63,999 nucleotides of DNA, filler included, from Dirinaria sp. TL-2023a (GCA_051941275.1; 21 parts of 21 records of this genome joined end to end with filler, not necessarily neighbours in it); one strand, 5' to 3'; positions 37,368 through 51,431 are shown, counted from the first letter of the whole stretch. Notes: a model not told the origin generated them from the sequence alone. Numbers and translations: made by a program.

Positions 37368-39336
37368 ATGCTGTCTAAATTTGTTAACTCAAGATTGACC
37401 GGCGCAATGTACTTACTAGCGCTTCTCCATCTTTTCAGCATTCCTGTCCTTGCTAGGCTCGGCGCTAGCACACAGTGCTGTAATCTGGCCTTACAGAACT
37501 CTGCCTATGTCGACAAAAGCATACCGCAGAGCGAGTACCGATGCGATCAAGTGTATAGTCCACATCTATCCCCAGCTCCAGCACTATCAGTCTCCACCAA
37601 ATGGTGCCTGGATCATTGTGGAGGATATCATTTGTTTTCCCCCAACGAAACTGCCGCTTGGGCAAACCCACTAGCACAGTATATCCTTCCAGCTGTCGTT
37701 TTCAGTATGACCATACCTCGCCGCTTGGCCTTCGAACCCCCAAGATGGTTTTTCGACTTCAGTCCCCATCACGCAAACGGCCTAATTAAGGCCATGTTTT
37801 CTTTGTGCATAGCGGGCTTGGTAGTGACGCTTGATACTGCCATGTGGATATGCACGATCATGACTGCTTCAGGCCCGTTTCTGTTCAGCGGCCTCGTTGA
37901 GGCTGTTTTGGACTATCGGATCATCAAAAACCTTGTTCACAGCCATACGCCGCGCGGCAAGGATCGTCCGGTAGGCTTGAGCAGAAACGCGCGTGTAGAA
38001 TTGTTGACTGCAGTTCTTGCCGGTAACCTGGCTGTCAAAGGCGTGTGGGCTGATCCCCAGAAGGAGTTGAGGAGGGCCTTGGACATCCGCCTACAGCCAG
38101 AGGAAGTGGAAGTACGTTTGCGAGCGATGTTGGCTTGCCAGTACCCTTTCGGGGCTGCGGTAGGCGGCCCAATACTTTTCTACTTAGGCTCATTCGCGTA
38201 TTGCATTGGCACCCTACGGACCACCAAAGGCGACGAGGATACGGCGTTGGGCCTTGCATTCGGCATTTGGTGGATGAACATTGTGCACGCCGCGGCGATA
38301 AGCGGTCTACTGCTAGCCAGCAACAACCCGAGCACAGCGGCAGCGATTGTAGGACGTTACCGAAAGAAGATGGACTTGCAGGATCGACTGGACCTGGCGA
38401 ATGAATCTCTCGAGTTGGAAGATAGGATACAAGCCCGCGTGGAAGCGTGGTCAAGGCTCTCATTAACCTACAAAGCCCGCTATGAACCAGCCTGGATGTG
38501 GAATAGAGGCAAGAGTAAGGTTTTTTGGCTTCAGAGGACTGCAGCCTGGCAGCAGCCCTGGTTTCGTGAAAGGATTGAAATGACAGCCTCAGGCTGGTTG
38601 TTTCTTACTGTGGTTGCTTACTTCTTGGTCTTGCTCCCGTGCAGCCTTGCCATCTGGATCAACTATAGTACTCCTCCAGTTGGCCCAGGATGTCGATCCA
38701 TGACCATTATTGCATATGGCTGTTCTCAATTCACATTTGTTGTTCTCTCGGCATGGAGTCATTTCAAGGCTTCCCAAACGAAGGACTATTGGGAACGACA
38801 CAGATGGCTTGCCCGCTTAAGACAAAAATGGATAGGGATCTTGATCAGTGTTGTCTTCCTACTTCCAGCCTGGATCACTGCTGTCTTCACCACCTTCGCC
38901 GGCACGCTGATGCAAATCAGTGGAATCTACCAGAACTGTTACTGTGAGTCTACTGGGTTCTGGTCCTTCCCTGAAGGCTCAACAGTCACGTTATCTACCG
39001 ATAGCGAGTATGAGAGACACTCTAGCCAATATTGGAACCAAGCAGGTTACGCCGCTCTGTTCTTCCTTGCCGGTGTAAGTGAATTTTGGAATTTCGAGTT
39101 AATTATGTTGGGCTACTTTCCAGCCTTGAGACTGCCATGAGCATCATATGCTTTGACTAAAAGTCCCACACTCAGTTCGGCAAATTTAGTTGTTGATGCT
39201 GATTCAACTGCAGGTCACGTATCTAGGGTGGTGGGGGCAACGCTACCTACGCGAGAAATTCATTGAGCGAGTGAGAGATTTGGTTGACCCCCAGCATCTC
39301 CGAACATCGCATACATACAAGCTCGGACCTGTGTGA
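37368..39336 (+). CDS. Hypothetical multi-pass membrane protein with Cys-rich extracellular N-terminus; join(37368..39073,39214..39336)
   Basis: Long ORF with signal peptide and many TM helices; GTAAGT donor at 39074 and GCTGAT..CAG acceptor at 39213 continue the frame as VTYLGWWGQRYLR. Confidence 0.75.
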
Positions 39337-40397
39337 ATGAGGTCGATTGTCGATCCTCGACGCCTAATTAGCACCAGCTACTCGGCTTGGGCTTGGGTCT
39401 GGACTTGGTTTACGTGCTGAAGCTGCTGTAAGTATATTGCCTTGTAATATAGGTTCCTACCACTTTCTAAATTAGATCGGCCGCCGCCTGCTGCTCATCG
39501 TCTTTTGCTCTTTACACCGTGAAAAAATGTCATCAATCTGTTGGAAAGTTCGCTTGTCCAGTAACTCGGCATGGCTGTATATAGCTAATGCGATATTTCC
39601 ATCCTCGCAACTCTAAATTTTGGTAATCAGAATATTTGCATTTCCAACACAATTCTTTCCGTAGACTCCTCTTCAAACCGAGCCCGTCTGCCGCCCTCCC
39701 CAATCTCAGGCATGCATTTTAAAATGGCCGCTTTAGCTAGCGTACAGCGAACACGACTCACCCTTGTCTTCATGTTTACAGTCATCATTGAACAGCGCTG
39801 CTCGACTCGTAAAGCACGGATCTCATCCAATGCTCTAGTCTCTGTCTCTGGATAGGGAAGGCGCTTATGTTCTAGCCTACACCAATGAGTAAGTCACGAC
39901 ATCAATCCCAAAAGTGTAAGAAAAAGAAAATGAAAAAAAAAAAAAAAAAAAAAAAACACGAAACATTATTTTGATCCTGCCTGCCTACCTACCTAGCTGC
40001 CTCATTTCATCTCCTCCTCCATTGAGCAAATATCCTCTACAGCTTAATATTTCAGAATCGTGCCCCCTTTTTTCTTCCGTTCATATAATGAAAGGGTTCT
40101 TGAATACCCGCCAATATNNNNNNNNNNNNNNNNNNNNNNNNNNNNNNNNNNNNNNNNNNNNTTAATTAATTAANNNNNNNNNNNNNNNNNNNNNNNNNNN
40201 NNNNNNNNNNNNNNNNNGCCAGCACTCTGGACTAGCGGGGTCTTATCCCTACTATCTCGAGCAGCCCTCTGCACCACCATCGGGATTCCTTGAAATGTTA
40301 TAACTAATTATAACATATATTCTTTAAATTTAATTTTTTCTTCTCTTCTTTTTTTGGATCGCGTTTATTTAGCATGATAGGTACAATTAATCAAACA

Positions 40398-42200
40398 CGT
40401 TGGACTACAACCAGATAGGAGTTCTATAAGACAGAAAGTCCACCACCACTAACAATCTGCCAAGGATAGTTTGACAAAAGTAAGATATCTAGACTGTAGA
40501 TTAGTCAGCAGACCCCGGGTATCTACGGCCCACAAAAGTTCTTCTTTTAGTCTTAGGCAATTGAGCACAAATACACATACATAAACCCAATTCGCCTTCA
40601 TAAATTCACCCAAAATCCGACAATAACGAGCCCGGATGACTTACCACTTAGTTCATTAGGGTTAACACAGTACTAAAAGACACAGCAGGTGAAGCATTGA
40701 CTTGCCAGTCACCTAAAAAGCCTACTTTACAAATAAGGTGTTAGACTGAGAAACTCACCACCACTAAGGAAATGCCAAGCATAGTTTGATGAAAGCGGTT
40801 AGACTCTTTTAGACGGCAGTCCCCGGGTCCCCGGGTAGGTGAACCGACTGGCGCCGGGTAACCGACTGATTCCGGATGGTGTTGATTCTGGGTATTTAGT
40901 ACCCACAAATGTACGTTTCTTTCAGATGTTAGGCAATTGATCACACACATACATATACACATACATAGGTTCAATTCACCTCATAAATACCTCCTAAACC
41001 TGACATAAGGGTACTGCGCATTCCAGTACTTACATACCTACACTTCCTACACTTCCTTCCTCCTAAACGTCCTGCATCACTCATTGAAGATGGCCGACAA
41101 TAAGAGGGAGCTCCAATCGATCCAGTCAAAGCATTGGGACTCCTGGCTTGCAGTTGTCAGAGGAAAGGCAACAGCGTACCAAATATGGCCTCTGATCGAC
41201 CCTGCCATAGAAGAAAGGCCATTGGGACCCAAAAACCCATGAAGCCGGTGCTAGACGCCATGGAAGGAGATGACTTTGATGAAAAGAGTACACGGTACAA
41301 ATTTGCCATGTCAGAGTACAAATCAGAGTTGTACGACTACTATAGTGAGCAGAAAGTAATGGTAAATATCATAAGGCATATATACGATACTACAGCTGCC
41401 TCAAACCTATCCTGCATTGAGAAAGTTGAGGTGCACCCTTGGAACCTGCTCCGCGCATTGAAAGCACGCCTTGCACCGTCAGATGCTGCAAGATGCCGAG
41501 ATTTGGAGCAACGATATACACGCATTATCCAAGGCCCATCTAAGCGCCAAAACGCGGAAGCCTGGCTTGATGACTACCAGAGGATTCATGTCTCATGCAA
41601 GAATTACAAAATTGCAGAAGTCGGTAATGGCGAGAGAGCCTACAGAGACTTCCTTGAAGCAGTTAGCACAACGGCACCTTCCTTTTCCAACATACGTTAC
41701 ATTGGCCTATCCAACATACATTACATGGGCCTAGAAAAGATCATAGACTATGATGCAAAGTTGCTTGAAACCATCAAAGAATACGGCGATTACATACACC
41801 TGATGGACGCCCGCCAAACGGCTTTAACGTCCAGCTCCGCCTTTGCTGCAGCCGATTCCATTGACGAAAGCACTTCAAACAACGAAAGCAACAACAAAGG
41901 CTCTTCTTCGCGTACATCGTCTTTTAGAGGTGGAAACCACAATGTCCCTACTTGCATTTGCGGAAGCAAGCATTGGTATTCCGAGTGCAATTACCTTAAC
42001 GAAGAAGAACGGCCTGCAAATTGGAAGCCTGATGAGGAAATCCAAACCAAGGTCAACCAAGCCATAAAAAACAATAAAAAGAAACAGGCGGTTGAACGCA
42101 ACATAGCAAGGACCAAAGGAATCAAAGAAAGGAAATAAAAGAAGGCCGCGTAGAACGCCAAAACCTCGACCTCTGCCCCTACACCTAGTTCCAACAGTAA
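40398..42200 (+). mobile_element. Ty1/copia-like retroelement remnant: LTR, leader and frameshifted gag, no pol seen
   Basis: LTR (C)GTTGGA 40398..TCCGACA 40622, then PBS-like ATAACGAGCCC; gag ATG 41090 MADNK...WDSWLAVVRGKATAYQIWPLIDP; frameshift near 41230; LKARLAPSD; CICGSKHWYSEC knuckle. Confidence 0.75.
40739..41005 (+). mobile_element. Solo LTR with 5-bp target-site duplication
   Basis: TGTTAG...CTGACA termini flanked on both sides by TAAGG; similar to the LTR at 40398-40622. Confidence 0.8.
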
Positions 42201-43380
42201 GTATAGCGCGACGGAATGAGTATGTCAGTGGCCTGACTCTGATGAGGGTGTGTGAGTGTACACCATATGGAAGCCGGTAGTGGTGGAGCATGCAATGTGT
42301 GATATCCGTTGATCCTTATTCACCTAAGGCAATAGTCGTCTTCAATTAATTACATCATATATGATGCGAAAAAACGATTTAGTCGACATTTCTGATTTGT
42401 CAGATTGACCTGAATATCTGATCCTACGTGCTTTTTTGAAAGTGCACATTCTTCATATTTATCTGTATTTTTTTCCTTTTTGGAACTGGCTCCTTATAAT
42501 AGTGAGTTCCACCCACCCTTTCAACTGCTGTCGGCAAAATGCCAAAATAGCTTCATTACCTGCATGTGCGAGAAAAGCCGGTGCCGCCACAGTCATTTGT
42601 AGAGCCAGTTCGTGCGGGCTTTTGATGTTGAGATTAAAAAGTTTAGGGTTATGTCAAACTACCTATCTATGTTTGGAAGTTTGTTAGTGGTGGTGAACTT
42701 TCTGCGTTACAAGATCCTTCCCCTTAAGGCATCATTCCTTGAGATTGGAGATATTTACCAAAGGGTGCAGCGGTGTCTGCCGATCCTCCTTTCCTACCGA
42801 TCCCACCGTCCGAAAATGATCATACCTTACTTACTGACATCCCACCTTTCCCCCAACTTCAATCGAGCGACCACCTTACTAATTACAGCTGGTCTACCTT
42901 ACACTCCAAATTTTTTGCAACTTCTCCTTCCGTTTCCAACTTCTCCTTCCGTTCCAAACCCCCACGCCATGCGCTCTGTTCGCTCCGCTTATCTCCGCTA
43001 ACCCCGAGTACTCCTTCGCCCCCTCTGTTCGTTTATTAGAAATCGCAGATTGCCAGCCTGCCCCGTTCACTCCTCGGACCTATGTATATATAAAAGCATA
43101 TGCTCTTTGCCGTGTAGTAATTAAGCCATTGTTTTGGAAGTAGTAATATTATATTGTAATTTCTGGGACAAGAACGGANNNNNNNNNNNNNNNNNNNNNN
43201 NNNNNNNNNNNNNNNNNNNNNNTTAATTAATTAANNNNNNNNNNNNNNNNNNNNNNNNNNNNNNNNNNNNNNNNNNNNGTGATTGCTGGTGAACGCTACA
43301 TATGCAACGCTAAAACCCCGATGCAAGAATATATATATCTGTGTGACTCGGAACCAACCAAAAAAACTCGAATTTCTTTA

Positions 43381-44774
43381 CTACACCCACTCCACAGGCG
43401 TCTTCAAAACATTCAGCAGCCGCTCCTCCCGACTGCCCTTTTCGGGCTCGTGCATATACATCCACTGCGCCGTCAGCGGCAGACTCATGAGGATACTCTC
43501 GACCCTCGCGCCAGGGGTCTGCAGCCCGAACGCGGTGCCGCGGTCGTGCACGAGGTTGAACTCGACGTACCGCCCGCGGCGCAGCTGCTGCCACTGTTTT
43601 TCTCGCTGGCCGAACTCCATGCCGCGCCGCCTCTCGATGATGGGGAGGTAGCCCGGCAAGAAGGCGTCGAGGCAGTCCTTCACGAACGAGAAAAGTTGTT
43701 CCTGGTCCTTCTCCTCGGCGTCGAGGTCGTCGAAGAAGATGCCGCCCACGCCGCGCGATTCCCGCCGGTGCGGGATGTGGAAGTATCGATCGCACCACGC
43801 TTTGAAGCGCGGGTAGTACCCCCTGTCGTGCCTGTCGCAGGCGGTCTTGATCGTGCGGTGGAAATGGATGGCGTCTTCGTCGAAGAGGTAGGAGGGGGTA
43901 AGGTCCGTCCCGCCGCCGAACCACCACGCGTTGCAGTCCCCCGACTCGCGGTCCATGGTCTCGAAGTAGCGGTAGTTGAGGTGCACGGTCGGCGCCATTG
44001 GGTTCGACGGGTGCAGCACCATGCTCAGGCCCGCGGCGAAGAATTCCAGGCTTTCGACCGACGGGTCCAAGGCTTTGTGGTTTACCCGCATCTTTTCGAT
44101 GGCCGGTCGCGGCAGGGTGCCGTATACGATGCTGGTGTTCACGCCCGCTTTCTCGAACACGGAGCCGTCTTGCAGCACGCATGAGATCCCGCCCCCGCCT
44201 GTGGGCCGCGTCCAGGTGTCTTCGCGGAAGCGGTGCTCTGGGTCGAGTTTTTCGAGCTCCGACACGATGTGCCGTTGTTGCGTTTTGATCAAGTCTTCCA
44301 TGCGCAGGCGCATCGGTGAGGAGGACGTTATGCCGGATTCCCGTTTGCGGAGGGTGTCACGTTCTGCGATTGTTGGGGCGTCGTTGTGCTGGGGTTGGAG
44401 CCTGGTGCTGGTCGTCGTCTGATTGAGGAGAGGTTAGAGAGATGGTATATAAGGTGGGGGTTTGTGGGGGGAAGATACCCTCGTACCATGGAGTAGATGA
44501 TGGAGCCGACCAGGACGATGCCGATGCAGATGCGGGTTTTAGGGTAAGCGACTGTACCGCCTTGTTGGCGCGCGGCTTGAGCAGCTACACTGGCAGAGAT
44601 GGGAGAGGAATTCTGAGGAGAGGCTCTGGTGTAGACGAGGGGTTTTGGAACTTGTGATGCTTTGGTGGGGGTGGATTGGCCATCGGACTGGAGGCGTCGG
44701 ATCATGGAAAGCTTTTGAGTGCGGTGGGTGTTTTGGAGAAACGGCCTGTGTGCCCAGCGACAAGATGCTGCCAT
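43381..44774 (-). CDS. HEM13: Oxygen-dependent coproporphyrinogen III oxidase; intron 44419..44486
   Basis: GGGISCVLQDGSVFEKAGVN, HPSNPMAPTVHLNYRYF, WWFGGGTDLTP, RGVGGIFFDD, QQLRRGRYVEFNLVHDRGT. Confidence 0.96.
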
Positions 44775-45312
44775 GGTACAATTTGGTTTGGCAATTTTGT
44801 ACTTGGTTGCAGAACAATTGCAAAAGAGACGAAATAATGCCCCAAGCTCTGAGGTTGGTGGATGATTTCGATATCCTGATCGGGCCTAGTGGTATATCCC
44901 ATATTCTCACTTACTTAATCAAATATCACATGATCGAACTGGTCATGAGCTGAAGGCCAACGACACAACAAAGATTTCCTGTAAGTGTTGTTCTCACTGC
45001 GATACCTAGTGACACTGTTGCGTGACTTGTGCATCGTCATCATCACTCCCTTGGGCCCCCATAAAAACTCATCCAGTAATCAAGTCACTGAAGGCAGTCA
45101 GTAGTCACACATCCCACCCCGAACCAGCTCCCACTAGCGGCGGTGCTTCTTGGCAACCATTTACTCATCCGCGGGGGCCTGATCCCTCCCAAAGTCCCCA
45201 ACCTCCACCGCCTCATTTCTACTTACCTTCTTCACCTTCGACAAACAACCTACATCGCAGCAGTAAAATCTAACCCGTCAAGGCAAAAGAAACCTAACAC
45301 ATCAAGTTCTAA

Positions 45313-45997
<685 letters not shown>

Positions 45998-47408
45998 TAA
46001 CTTCTGGAATTACTTCTACACTACATGCGGTCATGATGCCTGCCTATCAGGGGTTCGTTAGCTGGGGGAGGGGCGTCAAGAAACCAAACCAAAGGACAGA
46101 GAGAATCGTGAGAGAGTACTTTGGTTCCCAGCGGATTTCCTCGCAGACAAGTAGGTGGTTCCATAGAACAATAAATGCAAACAAGCCACCTTAGCAATAG
46201 GCAATAGGCAATAGCGTGGGCGCTGTATTCCCAATACCNNNNNNNNNNNNNNNNNNNNNNNNNNNNNNNNNNNNNNNNNNNNTTAATTAATTAANNNNNN
46301 NNNNNNNNNNNNNNNNNNNNNNNNNNNNNNNNNNNNNNAGATGCAATCCATAACGGTTGTAGATTTAGAAAGGCAGCCAAACTCATTCTTTCCACCGGTG
46401 GGTGAAAGAGCCCCGAGGTTTGAGGGAATAATGTAACCATAGGTTCTTTTGGGTGTCGTGGTGTGGACAGTGCAAAGGACATGTCATGGAAATCGGTCAT
46501 TTGCAGCAAAACAAGTCCATAGCTATTGTAAAAGCTCTCGCACCAAATCTACAGAATGCGTTCAGATCTGCGTTGTACATTGTACATTTTCGACATCTGG
46601 CGACACCCAGTTGCTGATCTTCAACGAAGTCGACCCGTCTGCATAATAACGAAGAGTGCCCGGCAGCTAGAGCATCGGCTGCACATAGAGAGCCACACGT
46701 TGTTCGAGCGGGTCTCAACTTTCTGGTGGTGGGGCTCGGGGGGGGCACACTCCAGCTGGAATCTTGCAGGTGTGAGGAAGTCGGAACCAATGACAAGGAG
46801 CCACGCTCATCAGGGTTGACAAGCAAGCACACCAGCAGCATGACCCGAGCTGAAGCTTGACGTCGATATGGACCAGGACAGAGAAGGAAGATGAGGCAAA
46901 ATCCAGGTCAGAGAAGAAAGAAGTGGCAGCCAGACCATATTGTATGAGTAAGCTACAGGACCTTAGCAGAGATGAAGGCTAAGGTAGGTAGCGGACGGGA
47001 GGGTTTAGGGTTGGTGGTTTGGGAGGGAGTTGCCAGAGAGTTGCCTGGCAACGGGAAGTCAAAACAACACGCCAAGCCTTCCTCCCTAAGGTAACTGAGC
47101 TCTGTCTCCCTCTGCCCGTCCTCCGGAATAAAGTTCCTGCAAACTGCACCCTCTCACCTTCTCCTCCACTCACCAAACCCCCTTTACCCCCCAGTCAAAA
47201 CACCACCTGCCTTAACCGCTCCATTGCATACTCTTCCTTCTTCCGTATCCGACTCATCATATTACCTTACCTTAGTATCAACAGTACCTAATTACAATTG
47301 ACTACATACAGTATCATTGAGAGTCAGAAGTGTGTTGCTGGGCAACTCGTCAATAATCTTTAGCACCTTCCACCCTCCCTCCCACCTCCCTGAAGCAAGA
47401 GTCTCTTC

Positions 47409-48876
47409 TTGTCTTCCTTTCGAATTGCCGCACGGTTCGAAAGGCATTCGAGAGCGGACTCCTCGAATCCAGGCAATCTGGATTTTGACGCCAAAGTTCC
47501 GATTCCATTTAGCGTCTTCCCCTCCTCCTACAGGAACGAAGACTCCACCGAAACCACCCGCGTCAAGGTAGAAGGCAAAGCCAACCTTCCCCCATCTTCG
47601 CGCGTCGGACGGGAAGGTCACGAATCTCAGTACTCTTCCTTCTCCGCTTCTCTGCCGCACCGGCGAGACCGTACTCGATACGACGAGGAAGAGGTCAAGG
47701 TCTACGAGGAAGATCGTACCCGCCGTCCACGTCGCGAGGAAGAGATCCGAGTCTACGAGGAAGATCGTACCCGCCGTCCACGTCGCGAAGAAGAGATCCG
47801 AGTGCACGAGGACAGCTACCGTGTTCACGAGGACACCCACCGTCGAGACCGCTTCCCAGAAGTCGAGCTTTCCCGAGAGCGGTGAGTAGCCAATCGCTGA
47901 TCTCATACGTAAACACCACCACATCATGAGCAATTGCTCCTCTACAACATCTGTGACGCCCTTTTTGGAGAGCATGAATGACTGACATCTATCTTCGCTT
48001 AGCTACCAAGAGCCAGGCTATCGACGCTCCACCGACACGAAAGTCGAGATCGAGGCTCCTCGCCGTGAAGAAGAAATCGACATCACCGAACGCGATTATC
48101 GGCGACGCGTCCAGCCAACCTACGACGTCGAGTACGAGCGCCGCAGCAACTATCCTCGTGAAGAACGAGAAGTGAAAGTTGAAACCGAAACCGAAACCAA
48201 AACCACTGTTGATCCACCCTCGAAAATGGGCTACTATGACGATGAAGGCCGCTACCACTCCTTCCGTCACGGGCTAGAGAAGGCGGCCGACCGTGTCTTC
48301 CACCCATTCCACCCGCATGGTCATCGTGTTGAGCGGGAGGAAGTAATCATCGATGAAGAAGACCGCGGCCCAACTCGCATCCGCGATGGTGTGCGTGAGA
48401 GTGTCCGCTATATCGAGCGGGGTGGAGGACCTCATACCATCACCATCCCTTGCCACCACATCCGCATCGGCGACCTTTTGGTTCTCCAAGGCCGTCCCTG
48501 CCAGGTTATCCGCATCACCACTTCGGCTCAGACCGGCCAACACCGCTATCTCGGCGTTGACCTCTTCACCAAGCAACTCCACGAAGAGTCCAGTTTCGTG
48601 TCGAACCCGTCTCCTTCGGTCATCGTTCAGAACATGCTCGGCCCCGTCTTCAAGCAGTACCGTGTCCTTGATATCCGCGACGATGGCCGTGTTGTCGCCA
48701 TGACCGAAACCGGAGACGTCAAGCAAGGACTCCCGGTCATTGATCAAGGTGGACTGTGGTCGAGGCTCAACGAGTCTTTCGCCAATGGTCGCGGGAGCGT
48801 GCGGGTATTGGTCATTAATGATGGAGGTCGTGAGCTCGCTGTGGACTACAAAGTCATCCACGGCTCAAGACTCTGA
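47409..48876 (+). CDS. HEX1: Woronin body major protein Hex1; core from ATG 48226, with in-frame R/E-rich extension join(~47409..47881,48003..48876)
   Basis: MGYYDDEG; TITIPCHHIRIGDLLVLQGRPCQVIRI; eIF5A-like fold; C-terminal PTS1 SRL; upstream LDFDAKVPIPFSVFPSSYR motif as in long HexA forms. Confidence 0.93.
47685..47810 (+). repeat. 51-nt coding tandem repeat (EEEIRVYEEDRTRRPRR, about 2.5 copies)
   Basis: gtctacgaggaagatcgtacccgccgtccacgtcgcga occurs twice, 51 nt apart. Confidence 0.9.
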
Positions 48877-50362
48877 TCTACTCAAAAGGGTACGACAACA
48901 GTCCACCCCATGCCCGAAGGTCCCCGAAGTGCTAACCTCGATATTCAAGTCGCCACCCAGCTCGTCCATATCAGGCCTTATTTTGTCCACACATAAGTAT
49001 TGGAAAATCCGACGGGAAAACTATGTACTCCAAATCCCTGTTCCTGTAATTGAACAAGCGGATGTTCCTTGTCCACATGAGATTTCCTTTCTCTTCACAA
49101 AATTGAAAAAAAATGGCAAAAATCAGGGATGGGCAGAACAGGGTATTATTGTGGAGCAAAAATTCCAACAAAAGGTAGTTTAGCAAAGATGTAGGTAACT
49201 TAGCCGATCTGTTCTGCGTGCAAAATCAATAGTACAGTAGGATTTGTCTAAAAACGCTGTTACCTTTTTCCCTTCTCCCCCGCTCCTTGCGCACCNNNNN
49301 NNNNNNNNNNNNNNNNNNNNNNNNNNNNNNNNNNNNNNNTTAATTAATTAANNNNNNNNNNNNNNNNNNNNNNNNNNNNNNNNNNNNNNNNNNNNGAGAG
49401 AGGACCTACCTAAGACGTGAAATAATTTCCATTCCAATTCTAAATGTGTTCGATAAATACAGATGAAGAAAGTGGGGGGAAGAAATCTGTTGGGTTCTGT
49501 ATGATAGCGGGTTTTCTGAAGGTGGGATGGATTGTAGACTGAAACTGAAAATGAAAATGAGATTTGGGTTGGGGTTTTTTCGCCGGTTTTAACATTACTT
49601 TTTTTTGAGGATGTTTGGTTTTAGTTTGGTGGTACTGTAGTAGGTAAGGGATGTACTTTTATTTTTCACCTTTTTTTTTTTTTTTTTAGAGGAAGGAGGG
49701 AAAGGGAAGGGGAATGGAATACCTTGCTTCCAAGCGGCTGGGCTGATTTCGAGATACGATATCATTTCTATGTTATTTATTTACCATTGATCCAAGACTG
49801 CTTTGGGTTCTCGTCATATTAAACTCATGTATACACTATATATCTTTTTTTTTTCTATGAAGAGTGATTTTTACTGTATTATCAATGCCCAGCACCACCA
49901 GCACTATGATCGCTCGCTGCGATATATGAAAGTGGTAGTCGTCGGAATTGGAATCGTAGATTTGACTCGTTGGATGAAATGGGTTTTAGCGTTTCGTTTA
50001 TGGGATGAAAGCTGCTAGGTGTCATTCGCTGGTCCACAGCTGCAGGATCAGAAGGATGCTTGCTTGCTGCTCGGGGTTTTCCTGGCTATGAAAATTATAT
50101 TTTTAGGTTTGTGATAGGTGAGCCCTCGGATGGCAGATTGCGTAGGACATGTAGCGGGTTAGGAGGTCAGTTGATCAGGACTCGTTGAGCCCTTGAGAAG
50201 AGTTGAGGAGCTCTGCAAGAGGGCGATATAGGGAGTTGCGATCGAATGCTAAGCGTAGAGTCAGGACGCCGACCACGCAAATTATTGCCTGGACCAAATG
50301 ACGGTTTCCCAGGAATCGGAACCAGTGGCCCCTGTAGAATTTCTGAGTTACCGGTGGGGTTC

Positions 50363-51431
50363 TCAATCAAAGTCGGCTCTGACAACAACCGGAATGACAG
50401 ATCCAGTAACGAGCTGAAATTCCCGGTGCCCGACGACCCGCAGCATGGATGAGATTGCTCCCGAGTGACTGGTGAGGGATATGAATGTGTTTTTGTCACT
50501 GGTGAAAATATCGTCTAAAAGCGTCTTCATTCGCTCATCCGTCTCAGAATCGGTTTCGCGGACATTCGCATCCCACATTTCGTCTTCTTCGCTGAAGCCA
50601 GGCTCGAAGACGTAGTAAGGGAAATCCTTGTGGATAGAAGTCCTGTTACTTCGCCGATCGCATGTGTGTACGCCGAGCGTTTCACGAAGAAGCTGTTAAA
50701 CAATCAGTATCTAGAGTATTTCATGCACGGAAAAGGTCAATACTTCTTTGATCGTCGGAGTGAAAGCCTGTCTTGAGGGATACAGGCTCGAGAAAGTAAG
50801 CTTTGCCGTCTCGAGACACCGGTGCAGGGGACTCGTGTAATACGTCTGAGGCAGGGAAATGTGCTGTTGAGCTACTTCTCGCTTCCAAAAGCGGTTGACT
50901 CGTAGAGCTTGCGCAGCACCGAGGTCTGTGAGATGAGCATCGGCCCACGTTATCGTTCCATTGCCGTCGAGTTTGGCCCAATGATCCTACATCAGAATTG
51001 CTGTTCTCTCAGCGAAGGTGTTTCTTGAAAGCGAAATCAAACCCAAGCTCGCACGCACCTTCCATTCGGGAAATCCGTAGAAGCCCTGACCAACATTATG
51101 CGTGCCTTGGCCATGCCGACCCATATACAGAACCTTATATATAGTAGAATGTCCGCTTTCTTCATTCATACGTTCGATTTCCCTTTCAAACCGCTGCCAC
51201 TGCGTCTTCTCGGAAGCATTATAGAAACTTGGGTCGGCCAAGTACGGCCGTGCCTTCAGACCAAAATTTTCATCCATCTGGGAAGTTAATTCGAGAGCTG
51301 CGCCTTTGAAAGGACCAGCAGAACCTTACAAATTTGAACCCTTGGGCATCAGTTGTATCTTCATCTTGCATGAAATATCCCGTGACCGTTGAGAAACGCA
51401 CGTGTGGCTTCTTCTCAGCGATGACAGACAT
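50363..51431 (-). CDS. Histidine phosphatase / phosphoglycerate mutase family protein (Pmu1-like), multi-exon
   Basis: FSTVTGYFMQD; KVLYMGRHGQGTHN (RHG motif); LLRETLGVHTCDRRS; FISLTSHSG. Confidence 0.88.

Noticed and set aside
43279..44422. Overlapping 290-301 aa ORFs on both strands of HEM13 (similar cases over VPS33, HEX1 and 12796-13449)
   Set aside because: Expected from high GC3 codon bias; the translations are Arg/Ala/Gly-rich and featureless.
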